Shown: positions 21,120 through 31,696, numbered from the stretch's first letter. The stretch is DNA of 64,000 bases from a bacterium (GCA_963663405.2 CAXXSM010000092.1:96001-160000), one strand, 5' to 3'. Numbers and translations are program-made. The notes: generated by a model from the sequence alone, not told the origin.

Positions 21120-22979
21120 ATGCTTAAACTCAGTGGATTTGGTGATGAGATCGTTGAAGATTTTGAAGGCCAGCTGCGTGAAATGCGCAAGATGAATCTC
21201 AATCACATCGCCCTGCGCAATTTATGGGGCGTCAACATTCTCGATTTGAACGCCAACCAGAAAACCAAAGCGCGAAATCTTCTCCGGAAATACGGCATGG
21301 GCGTATCCGAAATCGGCACGCCGTTAGGCAAAGTCATGATCACCAGCTCGTGGAAGAAAGAATGGACGCGGTACGAAAAAGCGATTGAGATGGCGCACTT
21401 CTTTAATTGCCCCCGTATCCGCATGTTCTCATTCTATTTCCCAAAAGGCGATCCGCCCGAAAAACACCGCGCGACCGTGATGAAACGCTTGAAAGAAATG
21501 GCGGATCGGGCGGAGAAAGAGAATATCCTCCTGCTGCATGAGAACGAAGCCAACATCTATGGCGACACCGGCATCCGCTGTAAAGACCTGGTCGAAACGA
21601 TCGATTCCCCTAATTTCAAACTCATTTTCGATCCCGCCAATTATGTTTTCATTGGAACCGAAGCGTTTACGCAGTGGTATGAAATGCAGGCTGAACACAT
21701 CGCCCATTTGCACATCAAAGATGTCACCTTCGATATCGAATTCACTCCCCCCGGCAAGGGAGATAGTGAGATTCCCGAGCTGATCGAAGCGCTCGCGAAA
21801 AAGGGATTTGACGGCTACGCCACAATGGAACCGCACCTTGCCCGCGGCGGCCAGTTTGGCGGTTTCTCCGGGTCGGAGCCGTTCGCCGAAGCGACGGAAG
21901 CGTTCCGAAAAATCTGTGACAATGCGGGGATGGAACACCGCGAAGTCCGCACGAGCGTCATCGGCATGGGCTTCATCGGCATGTTCCACTGCGACAGCAT
22001 GCTGGAAGTCCCCCAAGCGCATCTCGTAGCGGTGGCGGACATTCAAAAAGTTCCAAATCTGAAAAAAGCTCAGACGAAATTCAACGTCATGGCATACGAC
22101 AATCCCACCGAGATGATGAAACGGGATGATATCGATATGGTCACCCTCGGCACGCCCAGCGGACTGCACTGTGAATGGACCGTCAAAGCGGCGAACCAGA
22201 AAAAACATGTCCTGACCGAGAAACCGATCGAGGTCTCTTTAGAGAAAGCGGACAAAATGATCAAAGCCTGCCGCGACAACAGCGTCAAACTGGGCGTCAT
22301 CTCCCAACGCCGCTGGGATCCTGGCGTGCGGGAACTGAAGGAAGCGATCGAGCAGGGGAAATTGGGGAAACTCATCTTGGGTGACGCCTATATTAAATGG
22401 TACCGCACGCAGGAATACTACGACAGCGGTGGATGGCGCGGCACGTGGAAACTCGATGGCGGCGGCTGTTTAATGAACCAGAGTGTCCACACGGTCGATT
22501 GCCTCCAATGGGTTATGGACGATGATGTTGTCAGCGTCACCGCGCAGACCGTCCTGGCCGCGCATAAAAAGATCGAAGTCGAGGATATCGCCCACGCGCT
22601 GCTGAAATTCAAAAATGGAGCTCTCGGAACCATTGTCTCCTCCACCGCCGTCTATCCGGGTATGGAAGAGCGGATCGAAGTTTCCGGAACCAAGGGCACG
22701 ATCATGATCGAGAAGAACCAGATTGTCGTGCGGGAGATCATGGGTGAGAAGAAAGCCGAAAAAGAAGAAACCACCGAACGGGGCAGCGGCGCCGCCGACG
22801 CCCAAGCCATCACCAACGAAGGCCACGTCGCCCAAATCACAGACTTCTGCCAAGCCATCCTCGAAGACCGCGATCCCCTCATCACCGGCGAAGCCGGCCG
22901 CAAACCTTTGGAGATCATCCTCGCGGTCTATAAATCAGCCAAAACGGGGAAGACGGTGACGCTGCCTTTGAAAAAGTAA
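21120..22979 (+). CDS. Fusion of sugar-phosphate isomerase/epimerase TIM barrel and Gfo/Idh/MocA oxidoreductase
   Basis: N-terminal half has LSGFGDEI, LLHENE, FDPANY, HIKD and MEPHL. C-terminal half has VIGMGFIG, HVLTEKP and GGGCLMNQSVH. Single uninterrupted ORF. Confidence 0.9.
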   Translation: MLKLSGFGDEIVEDFEGQLREMRKMNLNHIALRNLWGVNILDLNANQKTKARNLLRKYGMGVSEIGTPLGKVMITSSWKKEWTRYEKAIEMAHFFNCPRIRMFSFYFPKGDPPEKHRATVMKRLKEMADRAEKENILLLHENEANIYGDTGIRCKDLVETIDSPNFKLIFDPANYVFIGTEAFTQWYEMQAEHIAHLHIKDVTFDIEFTPPGKGDSEIPELIEALAKKGFDGYATMEPHLARGGQFGGFSGSEPFAEATEAFRKICDNAGMEHREVRTSVIGMGFIGMFHCDSMLEVPQAHLVAVADIQKVPNLKKAQTKFNVMAYDNPTEMMKRDDIDMVTLGTPSGLHCEWTVKAANQKKHVLTEKPIEVSLEKADKMIKACRDNSVKLGVISQRRWDPGVRELKEAIEQGKLGKLILGDAYIKWYRTQEYYDSGGWRGTWKLDGGGCLMNQSVHTVDCLQWVMDDDVVSVTAQTVLAAHKKIEVEDIAHALLKFKNGALGTIVSSTAVYPGMEERIEVSGTKGTIMIEKNQIVVREIMGEKKAEKEETTERGSGAADAQAITNEGHVAQITDFCQAILEDRDPLITGEAGRKPLEIILAVYKSAKTGKTVTLPLKK

Positions 22980-23101
22980 GTTTTCGAAAGCGATTCTGAT
23001 TTTTTTTTCAGGGATGGTTATTTGATGTGAATAGAGATTCACGCTAAATAGGGATCGTTGTATGATACCTAAATCATTAATCGATTGATCGGAGGAAAAC
23101 C

Positions 23102-24247
23102 ATGAAATCCTTCATCTTTACAATATTTCTCATTTTTATTTCCACAAACGCATTTCCCCAGAACATTAACACACCAGAGAACTTCCCCGATCCGAACTTT
23201 CGGGCGGCGGTTGAGAAATTTATGGGGGTGGCGCCGGGCGGCGAATTCACGGCGGCGAAAGCCTCTATAAAAGATGGGACATTGGATTGTTCCTGCTATT
23301 ACCTTGAGCAAAAAATTGAAGATATGACTGGGATAGAACATTTTCCCGCGTTAACTGGACTCTACTGCTGGAACAATCAATTAACCAGCCTGGATGTCTC
23401 CCACAACACCGCTTTGGAATTGCTCTACTGCGCGGAGAATCAATTAAGCAGCCTAGATGTCTCCAACAATCTCGCTTTAACTCAATTCTGGTGCGGTGGT
23501 AATCAATTAACCAGCCTGGATGTCTCCCACAACACCGCTTTGAAAAACCTCAATTGCGGGTACAATCAACTAACCAGCCTGGATGTCTCTAACAACCCCG
23601 CTTTGACTAACCTCTACTGCTATGAAAATCAATTAACCAGCCTGGATGTCTCCAACAACATTGCTTTGACTTATCTCAGCTGTGGTTTTAATCAATTAAC
23701 CAGCCTGGATGTCTCCAACAACATTGCTTTGACTTATCTCAGCTGTGGTTGGAATAAATCAACCAGCCTGGATGTCTCCGGAACCACTACTTTGGAACAG
23801 CTCTATTGCGACTGCAATCAATTAACTAGTCTGGACGTCTCCCACAACACCGCTTTGATAGACCTTAATTGCGGGTACAATCAACTAACCAACCTGGACG
23901 TCTCCCACAACACCGCTTTGAAAAACCTCAATTGCGGTGGAAATCAATTAACCAACCTGGACGTCTCCCACAACACCGCTTTGACTATACTCGACTGCTA
24001 TGAAAATCAATTAACCAGCCTTTCAAGTCTTGTAACCAACGAAGGTCTTGGGCCAGGAGACGAAGTGGATATTCGAAACAATTACATTGGTTGTGTTGAT
24101 CCTGACGCCTCTATGAGTGATATCCAAATTCTTGTAGAGCGATTTGGTGAGGCCGTCTTCGACACCTGGGGAAATCTTGAATCCGGTTTCGCCTTCTCAC
24201 CCCAGAAAAGATGTGAAACGGCGGTATTGGCTTGGTCCTTGCATTGA
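23102..24247 (+). CDS. Secreted leucine-rich-repeat protein
   Basis: Signal peptide, FPDPNFR cap, 11 x 21-aa repeats LxxLxCxxNQLTSLDVSxNxA; ends ETAVLAWSLH. Confidence 0.92.
   Translation: MKSFIFTIFLIFISTNAFPQNINTPENFPDPNFRAAVEKFMGVAPGGEFTAAKASIKDGTLDCSCYYLEQKIEDMTGIEHFPALTGLYCWNNQLTSLDVSHNTALELLYCAENQLSSLDVSNNLALTQFWCGGNQLTSLDVSHNTALKNLNCGYNQLTSLDVSNNPALTNLYCYENQLTSLDVSNNIALTYLSCGFNQLTSLDVSNNIALTYLSCGWNKSTSLDVSGTTTLEQLYCDCNQLTSLDVSHNTALIDLNCGYNQLTNLDVSHNTALKNLNCGGNQLTNLDVSHNTALTILDCYENQLTSLSSLVTNEGLGPGDEVDIRNNYIGCVDPDASMSDIQILVERFGEAVFDTWGNLESGFAFSPQKRCETAVLAWSLH
23351..24022 (+). repeat. 63-bp coding tandem repeat, about 11 units
   Basis: Recurrent AATCAATTAACCAGCCTGGATGTCTCC(C/A)ACAAC with 63-bp period. 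Confidence 0.92.
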
Positions 24248-24410
24248 GAAAAAAATGAGGGGTTAATTGACGAGAACAGCGTTTCACGCTAACTAGTGAA
24301 TTTTCTGCTTATGAAAATGGCCGGAATCAATAAGATTCCATTTCCATATTTTTCAATCTGCGCGAATTATCAAGTCTCAGTAATTCCACTCGCAAGAAGA
24401 GGAACACGTT

Positions 24411-24953
24411 GTGTGTCGAGAAGCATTTCTCTCCAGCCTTCAATCCTACACACCTTCCAATGAAAAAGAGATACAGTTTAAAGATTCAATCATAGAGTTT
24501 GTAAGAATAAATCCTTCCTGCTTCGAGAGATCGTCTGAAGATGGACATATCACAGGCTCCGCGTTTATTCTTGATTCCAATAGACATTTTGTATTGTTAA
24601 CTCATCATCGTAAATTGAACAAATGGCTGCAGCCTGGTGGACATGCGGATGGGGAATGCGACATTTATCAGGCAGCGCTGCGGGAAGCGAGGGAAGAATC
24701 AGGACTGAAAAGCATCAAGCCCATTTCGAAACAGATTTTTGACATCGATATCCATCCAATTCCGGCGCACGGGAATGAACGCGAACATCTTCATTACGAT
24801 ATTCGATATCTATTTGAAGCGGACCGCGAAGAGGAAATCATTGTTAGCGATGAATCCAACACCGTTGAGTGGAAGCCCATTTGTGATATCGATACGTTGT
24901 CATTCAATGAATCGATCATTAGAATGGTTCAAAAAATCATTGGGATGAAATGA
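24411..24953 (+). CDS. NUDIX hydrolase
   Basis: GHITGSA and WLQPGGHADG...AALREAREESG Nudix box. Confidence 0.92.
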   Translation: MCREAFLSSLQSYTPSNEKEIQFKDSIIEFVRINPSCFERSSEDGHITGSAFILDSNRHFVLLTHHRKLNKWLQPGGHADGECDIYQAALREAREESGLKSIKPISKQIFDIDIHPIPAHGNEREHLHYDIRYLFEADREEEIIVSDESNTVEWKPICDIDTLSFNESIIRMVQKIIGMK

Positions 24954-25065
24954 TTTTTCATGATATTGTTGCTTAAAAGCGCCAAGTTGTCGGCATCGAA
25001 AAATCCTTGCACTCGCTTAAACGCGCATGAAAATCAAGCGACCCTAATGTTCTTCCCATGAGTTC

Positions 25066-26088
25066 ATGATGGCTATTCAAAATCGTTTAATCCTTTCCGT
25101 TTTGATTCTAGGTCTATTCGTAGAATTTTCTCGAGCTCAAATCTATCCAGAAAAAGAGTATTTTAATTCCGAAGACCAATCGATTGATACCTATTTCATC
25201 TCAGACGATCATTCACTCATCGTTTTAGGATCCGAGATGGTTCGAATTCTCGACGCAGCCACCAGCGATACGATTCAGACAATTGATCTGAAAGGAAAAC
25301 GCGCAAGGAGTCTGTCTCTATCACCGGACAATCAAAAATTACTGATAGGTCTCGATCGAGCGAAAGTCAAATTATGGGATGTCAATAACAATGTAGAAGA
25401 ATACACATTTGAAACATCAACTAAAAACGCTATTTATTTAGGTGGCCCAGCGCCTGTAGTTGCAACGGCCTTCCATCCAGACAATAATATATTTGCAACT
25501 GAAGAGAATTATCCTGCAGAATCATATTTGCAAATTTGGGATATGGTGAACCGAGTAGAATTATTAAGAGTAATGAAACATACCCCTGTGGAGAGATTAA
25601 TTTTTTCAAAAGATGGTAGGTACCTGTTAGAACGCTCTCTCCAAGATTCACGCGTCATATCTACTGAAACAGGAGAAATTCTACTTGATGTGAGTGGCGC
25701 AGGAGGAGTACTGTCAGATGATGGTAATAGTTTGTATATTGTTAATACTGGAAGCAAACCTGGTGAAACAGCCATTTTACGAAAATATGAAATAAGTAGT
25801 GATAAGATAACTTATACATCCGATGAATTTATGTCACTTGGTCCATATATTGAAGTTCTTCCAAATGGAAAATACCTATTAGCGCTGGATGAATCATAGA
25901 CCTCATTAGTAATACTCGATATAGAAAACAACGATATTACGCATACACTTGAAAACAAGAATAATGACGAGATTAAATACCACTCCTTTTGGAACAGCGC
26001 AAATCTGGTTTATGCTTTAAGTGGAAACAAAGTCTATAAATGGAAAATTCCCGGCTTAGATTCAGCTGTAGATTATCCTTTTTTCTAG
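25066..26088 (+). CDS. Secreted WD40-like beta-propeller protein interrupted by an in-frame TAG at 25897-25899 (possible pseudogene)
   Basis: Signal peptide; SLSPDNQKLL...VKLWD and AFHPDN repeats. The same frame continues 62 codons past the TAG (TSLVILDIENN...KVYKWKIPGLDSAVDYPFF*). Confidence 0.75.
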
Positions 26089-26285
26089 ATATCGAGGCTG
26101 ATAGCGTTCAAGAATGGGGAAAAAACACTTTCCTATTGTTTCCCGGCGATTCCTCCCAAACCATAAAAATCCTACATCCCCAATTTTTTGCGAAACTATT
26201 TCCAGGCGCCTTCGTTTTTATGAGGGGGATCGATATTCTATTTTGGGATCGGTTGGATCGATTCCATTGAAACAAAGAGATTGAC

Positions 26286-27059
26286 GTGGGAGTGGTTATG
26301 AGCGCGCAAACGGCGGATACGCTGTCCAATACACAGGTTTCGAATGAGAGCCATGTGGATTTCCGCAGGTTCTTTTTAATTGTTTTTAGTGTTGTGGCGG
26401 GGGTAATCCTCGTTGAAATGACGCTGACGATACTTATTGTCAATGTCATAGGCTATCAAGATCTTCCTATCCGGGGCGAGATGATACGGGACGACAAAGG
26501 AGAACCCTATTTCGAACCGTACTACTCCAATCTCTATTTCCGTTTCCGGGTAGATGAGAACCGCAGAGAACAGCCCACCGAGACGAAACTCACGCGCGCC
26601 GGCGGATTGGCGACGGGGATCTTCTTCTACACCGTTCTGAACGCGCCCCATTGGATCTGGGAGATGAAATTCCGCAACATCGGCGCCATGGCCGCGATCC
26701 CCTTTATTGGAATCGTCTTTGCCTGTTTTTTCTTATACGCGAATTATCTACCCAACCGGCTGAAACCATGTGACAAAGCGGTGGCGTTTTGTACGACGGT
26801 GGGGATTCTGCATAGCTTAATTGTAGGCGCTCTGCTTTTTCTCATCCAATTGTTAGGTCTGATCTGGCCGGATGCGGCGAGCCTTTACGAGTATCCCACA
26901 GTTTATTATGGGCAATTCACCGGCGCCCTTTTGCCCGCCGCTGTCATCATGTTTCTCACTGGCATTGTTTATGGAACCATCACCGGCGTTCTCCTATACC
27001 CGTTCGCGGGCTATGTCACAGCGTTCAACCAGGAATTGGAAAAAGCCAGGAAGGAATAA
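26286..27059 (+). CDS. Hypothetical integral membrane protein
   Basis: 257-aa ORF with about 5 hydrophobic segments; stop lies 3 bp before the next gene. Confidence 0.75.
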   Translation: MGVVMSAQTADTLSNTQVSNESHVDFRRFFLIVFSVVAGVILVEMTLTILIVNVIGYQDLPIRGEMIRDDKGEPYFEPYYSNLYFRFRVDENRREQPTETKLTRAGGLATGIFFYTVLNAPHWIWEMKFRNIGAMAAIPFIGIVFACFFLYANYLPNRLKPCDKAVAFCTTVGILHSLIVGALLFLIQLLGLIWPDAASLYEYPTVYYGQFTGALLPAAVIMFLTGIVYGTITGVLLYPFAGYVTAFNQELEKARKE

Positions 27060-27062
27060 TCG

Positions 27063-28685
27063 ATGTGGCGCCGATGGCTTCCACTGCGTTCCGTCCAATG
27101 GAGCCTCGCCGCATTCCTCATTACGCTCCACTTCACACTCGGTATAACCAGCGCTTTGAAAAAAGCGCCCACTGCGGATGAATACTCCTACATCGCCACT
27201 GCCTACATTTATGTAAAAACCGGCGATTTCCGTCTCGACCGCACCCACCCGCCTCTCATTCGTCTTCTAATTGGCTTGCCGCTTCAATTGACTAAACCTT
27301 GGCTGCCCCCCCTCCAGCGGAACCAGTGGGATTCTCCCATGAGTTACACGTACGGTTACCGCCTTGGGTGGGAGATGCTGCTCGCTGGACGCAACGCCTG
27401 GGAGCCAATTCTGCTGCTTGCGCGAATCCCCATCCTTCTGCTTTCGTGCGGTCTCGCATTGCTGCTCTATCTTTGGGCGCGGGATTTGTATGGAGACGCG
27501 GGCGGGTTGCTCTCGCTCTTCTTGTATTGTGTCTCTCCCAATATGCTGGCGCACGCCCGGCTTGCGACGATGGACGTAGGACTCTGTTTTTTCTTCTTCG
27601 CCGCACTCTTCGCATTCTATCACTATTGGAAAACACGCCGCGTGCGTGATCTTGTCCTAGCGGGCGCGATAACAGGATGCGCGCTCGCGGCGAAAGTAAC
27701 CGCCGTTCTGCTGCTTCCCCTGCTCGCGGCCGGATTGTTATGGACCTTCGCGCAAAAAGGTGTTTCGCTGAAAACAATCCCTCCCGCGCAATACATTAGC
27801 CGTCTCTCCATCCTGCTGGTCAGCGCTTTGGCCGCGTTGCTGCTCATTTATGGTTTCCCATTCAAGCCTTGTTATTATCTTGATACGGTCTCCAACGTCT
27901 TTTTTAAAGCCACGCATTCCGGCGCGGGAGGAAATGAGATCGCAGGGATGCCTCACCTGAATTACGCGTACTACCTCTTGGGGAATTATTCATCCAAGGG
28001 ATGGCCATATTATTTCCTGATCGCCGCGTTGGTGAAAACGCCATTACCAGTTCTTCTTGCGCCGCTTGGTTTATTTCTAGTGAAGCGTAAAAAATGGATG
28101 GGGGCGCCGGATGTGTTGATTCTCGGCGCGATCGGGATTTTGCATGTGGCGGCGATGTTCAACCGCATGAATATCGGTCTTCGGCACGTGCTTCCCTTTT
28201 ATCCGTTTCTATTCCTTTATCTAGGCCGGTTAGTCTTCATCGAAAAACGATGGATCAAACAGAGCGTTCTCATCCCTCTCACCATTTGGGCGTTGGTGGA
28301 TTGTCTCTGGATCTATCCTGATTACCTCGCCTATTTCAATCCACTCGCAGGTGGACCGGCGAATGGGCAGGCGATTCTCGACGATTCAAATATCGATTGG
28401 GGACAGGATTTAGCCCGGTTGGGGCCGGTACGAAACCAATATCCAAACGAACCATTTTACGTCGCGACAAATTGGATGTTCGAACCAAAAGCGTTCCACA
28501 TCGACGCCCAACGTCTGCAAGAAGACCAGATCGCCTCTCCCCCAAAAGGCGTTGTAGCGGTGGGAAAACATTGGGCCATCCGGCGCCGGATCTTTAAAGG
28601 CTCTTCAACCTATTTCGACTGGTTTGAAAAATATGAGCCGATCGGTCACGTAGGCCATTCGATTTTGCTGTACCGGTTTGAGTGA
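27063..28685 (+). CDS. ArnT/PMT-like (GT-C) membrane glycosyltransferase
   Basis: PTADEYSY, HPPL, SPNMLAHARLATMD, ALAAKVTA and DSNIDWGQD motifs; multiple TM segments. Confidence 0.88.
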   Translation: MWRRWLPLRSVQWSLAAFLITLHFTLGITSALKKAPTADEYSYIATAYIYVKTGDFRLDRTHPPLIRLLIGLPLQLTKPWLPPLQRNQWDSPMSYTYGYRLGWEMLLAGRNAWEPILLLARIPILLLSCGLALLLYLWARDLYGDAGGLLSLFLYCVSPNMLAHARLATMDVGLCFFFFAALFAFYHYWKTRRVRDLVLAGAITGCALAAKVTAVLLLPLLAAGLLWTFAQKGVSLKTIPPAQYISRLSILLVSALAALLLIYGFPFKPCYYLDTVSNVFFKATHSGAGGNEIAGMPHLNYAYYLLGNYSSKGWPYYFLIAALVKTPLPVLLAPLGLFLVKRKKWMGAPDVLILGAIGILHVAAMFNRMNIGLRHVLPFYPFLFLYLGRLVFIEKRWIKQSVLIPLTIWALVDCLWIYPDYLAYFNPLAGGPANGQAILDDSNIDWGQDLARLGPVRNQYPNEPFYVATNWMFEPKAFHIDAQRLQEDQIASPPKGVVAVGKHWAIRRRIFKGSSTYFDWFEKYEPIGHVGHSILLYRFE

Positions 28686-28750
28686 AACAATGGGGGAAAA
28701 GAGAAAAAGATCGACTCAATTCAACCTTGATCGGAATTATACACATTGCT

Positions 28751-28796
28751 CCCAGGATTAAAATCCTGGGCTATTATCTTTTGTCCCAAAGGGACT
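28751..28796. repeat. REP-like double hairpin between convergent genes
   Basis: CCCAGGATT-AA-AATCCTGGG followed by GTCCC-AAA-GGGAC. Only one copy in this window. Confidence 0.55.
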
Positions 28797-28886
28797 TTAG
28801 CTACTCGCTTTTCATAGCTTTGTAATCTAGCAATATATGATTAAGAAGGCTTATTATTACGTATTCACAGATCAGATAATCCACAA

Positions 28887-29903
28887 TTACTTGATTAAAA
28901 CAGTTTTTCCTTTTTTCGCGGACTCATAGGCGCCCAAGACAACTTTCATGGAAGCGATGCCCGCGTCGAGTCCCATTGCAGGTTGTTCGCCCTTGCGAAC
29001 AGCTTTCACAAATTCATCGATCTCAATTGTCCAGCCGCCCTCCGTCGGTTTATTCTCTAGAATTTTGGTCCGGCTGATTCGCTTACCGGAAGGCGTTGTT
29101 GTCCCTTTGATCGTATAGGCGGTCGTGTTGTAATCGACGACTAACGCGCCTTCACTTCCATAAATCTCCACACCAGAGAATCCCTGCTTGGTCGTCCATC
29201 CCACTTCGGCGTATCCTAACCGCTTCTCATTAAACGCGAATTGCAGGATCGCATTATCTTCCAAAGGGATATCTTTGGCGAGAGTGCCGGTCATTGCATT
29301 GACCTTCGTGATCGCGCCAAAGAAAAACGCGGCGAGATCGATAGCGTGAATGCCCATATCGAACATAGCCCCACCGAAAGCCGTATCCGGTTTATAAAAC
29401 CAATCGCTCATCGCCCAGCCGGGAATCGGACCTTGATGCGCAAATCGGACGCGAATCATGAACGGCTCTCCAATGATTCCTTTATCCAATTCCCGCTTGG
29501 CTTTCATATTGCCTTTCAGCAGCCGGTTGCTGAACGCCACCATAAAGATCGTCCCCGCTTTATCCGCCGCCTTTTTAATCGCGGTCACTTCTTTCATACT
29601 CACGCAAATCGGTTTTTCACAAAGCACATGACAGCCCAGTTTCAAAGCCGCAATGGCCTGTTCAGCATGAAAACGATTGGGCGAACAGACGGTGACAAGA
29701 TCAGGCTTTTCTTTGTCCAGCATCTCCATCGGATCCTGATATCCTTTGTCGATACCGAATTTCTCACAAGCGGATTTTAAGTTCTCTGGAGAAGGATCGG
29801 CGATGGCGGAAAGCTCACACCATCTATTTTTCTGATAACCAGGAATATGACAATGATGGGCGATCGCCCCGCATCCAATCACAACAGCTCGCATTTTTTT
29901 CAT
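28887..29903 (-). CDS. Gfo/Idh/MocA-family oxidoreductase
   Basis: VIGCGAIA, HVLCEKP and GGAMFDMGIHAID motifs. Confidence 0.93.
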   Translation of the reverse strand: MKKMRAVVIGCGAIAHHCHIPGYQKNRWCELSAIADPSPENLKSACEKFGIDKGYQDPMEMLDKEKPDLVTVCSPNRFHAEQAIAALKLGCHVLCEKPICVSMKEVTAIKKAADKAGTIFMVAFSNRLLKGNMKAKRELDKGIIGEPFMIRVRFAHQGPIPGWAMSDWFYKPDTAFGGAMFDMGIHAIDLAAFFFGAITKVNAMTGTLAKDIPLEDNAILQFAFNEKRLGYAEVGWTTKQGFSGVEIYGSEGALVVDYNTTAYTIKGTTTPSGKRISRTKILENKPTEGGWTIEIDEFVKAVRKGEQPAMGLDAGIASMKVVLGAYESAKKGKTVLIK

Positions 29904-30082
29904 GACCAGTCTCCTCTAATGAATGTCTCTTGATTTAGGTTTCCTTAACTGTGCCAGAGGAGAAACACGCTTGTCAAGTAAAAAAACAATTTTCTATGAA
30001 ATATCTATTGTTTTTTTTTGAGAAATCGATTGCATTGCCGAGGAAGACACATGTTTGCGTAGGATGGTGAGGATTGAATAAT

Positions 30083-31375
30083 TTAGGATTTCGTTTGATT
30101 TTTTTGCGCTTGTTTCCGGCGTTTGCGGGTGGCGAATTCGGGCGCTTCTTTGATACATTGGCCAAGAATTTTAATTCCCTTCCAAAGCAGTTTTCCCGTG
30201 GCGCGGATAAATTTCGCCGGTCCTTCACCGACATCGGCCCAGCCTTTTTCATCCGGCTGTACCTTCTCCCAATTATGAAACAAGCGTCCCCATTCGCTGC
30301 GCAACGCCTCATGCACACGTTTGCTTCCATTTTTTGGATACCAGTACATATCGTGATAAAGAACGCTGGCGATATAGGCCCACGGCGCCATCCATGTCTT
30401 TAACGACCATTCAATCCACGTTTTCAATTTTCCCCAATAAATCTGATGCTGCATCCGGGATGCGAACGTCATTTCCTTAAACGGCCCTTGGAACGCCCAA
30501 TTCTCCGCCGCGGCGTCTTCATCGCCAACGATTTCGATCTCTTTTAGATCGCCGCAGCCGAGTCCTTTTTCATGCGCGATCCGCACAAATTTTAGATCGC
30601 TTAGTGGATCGAAGCCCATCAATTTCGCGGCCACCGCGTCGATCGCGACCTGATCCTCTGAAGCCAGCAATACATTTTTTACATGGGGGATCATACACCG
30701 GGGCCCCGGCCCGTCTCCAGCGAATGTCCCATCCATCACGGCGAAAACGCTTCGGTGAATCTTCTTTTGAATCATTAATAAATCCACTAACGTCTCATGA
30801 ATGACGGGATGCGTCCAATGCCGGTGCTCGTTCAGCAACCCTCCAAACGCGTTTTTCATCGCGCCGGTCGTAGTGGTGAACACATGCGTTTTCACTGTCG
30901 GCAGATGAATGATATTCTCTCCAATAAAACGCTTTGGGATCGAGAATCCTTTTGGATAGACTTCGTTCAGGCAGATAAACTCATCGGCCAGATCGCCCAC
31001 CGCGTCCCGTACATTGATCCACTCTTCTCCTTCGTACAGATGCACGTTTCGAAGCCCATGCGCTTCGACCACGTTGATCTGTTTGTTCTCCCGCTCACCG
31101 AGATGCGAATCGATGACCACCGTCCGGTTATGGCAGCCATGAATCAAATTCGGATCGTATCCATCCTTCTTCATCGTCCGGATCACACCCTCCAACTGCC
31201 AGGGTGTAGTCGAGCAGGCGGGGAAAAAGAAATGCCAGCTGATATTGATCTTCAACGCCGTATCGGCGTCCTTCGCAACCACGTTCTGATATCCGGCTAA
31301 GTTCATCAACCGGTGATAATCTTCTAATACTGTTCGAGGAGTTGTCCGAACCACGGCAACTTTTGATTGAGACAC
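30083..31375 (-). CDS. DUF362-domain protein (putative Fe-S protein)
   Basis: LKINISWH, LPTVKTH, TGAMKNAFG, MDGTFAGDGPGP and DQVAIDAVAAKLMGF motifs. Confidence 0.82.
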   Translation of the reverse strand: MSQSKVAVVRTTPRTVLEDYHRLMNLAGYQNVVAKDADTALKINISWHFFFPACSTTPWQLEGVIRTMKKDGYDPNLIHGCHNRTVVIDSHLGERENKQINVVEAHGLRNVHLYEGEEWINVRDAVGDLADEFICLNEVYPKGFSIPKRFIGENIIHLPTVKTHVFTTTTGAMKNAFGGLLNEHRHWTHPVIHETLVDLLMIQKKIHRSVFAVMDGTFAGDGPGPRCMIPHVKNVLLASEDQVAIDAVAAKLMGFDPLSDLKFVRIAHEKGLGCGDLKEIEIVGDEDAAAENWAFQGPFKEMTFASRMQHQIYWGKLKTWIEWSLKTWMAPWAYIASVLYHDMYWYPKNGSKRVHEALRSEWGRLFHNWEKVQPDEKGWADVGEGPAKFIRATGKLLWKGIKILGQCIKEAPEFATRKRRKQAQKNQTKS

Positions 31376-31559
31376 GATAAAACTCCTTTTCTATAATTCG
31401 TTCCAACTAAAAAGGTAAGCCAAGAGAGTCACGCCGAAACCATTCTTATTATAATTATTGTACATAGACGGTGTTTTCCATCAACTTTTCCACACCAACA
31501 TCGTTTTCTTAGTTACGACAACGATCTCCGAGATTAGTGAGTAACCGCTCATGGAATAT

Positions 31560-31656
31560 TTATATGAAAAAGAGTTTCTAAGGCTTACTCGTTCGAGATT
31601 TCTATCGCAACTCATTTTCATTTGTTCGTTGTGTTCTCAAATCATGATAGTTTATA
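31560..31656 (+). repeat. Family A repeat, copy 5
   Basis: TTATATGAAAAAGAGTTTC...TCGCAACTCATTTTCATTTG...GTTGTGTTCTCAAATCATGATAGTTTATA. Confidence 0.88.
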
Positions 31657-31662
31657 CACCGA

Positions 31663-31696
31663 AAAAAAGTCCCAGCAAAAACTGCCGGGACTTTTT
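31663..31696 (-). terminator. Rho-independent terminator (possibly bidirectional)
   Basis: AAAAAGTCCC...GGGACTTTTT hairpin 24 bp downstream of the stop at 31720. Confidence 0.65.

Noticed and set aside
23351-24022. CRISPR array or DGR target
   Set aside because: The repeat period is an exact codon multiple inside an intact LRR ORF. There are no cas genes, reverse transcriptase or template repeat in the window.
25897-25899. Genome-wide TAG recoding
   Set aside because: TAG terminates well-defined genes here, such as rpsR (57873), the epimerase (45560) and the e(P4) phosphatase (16036).
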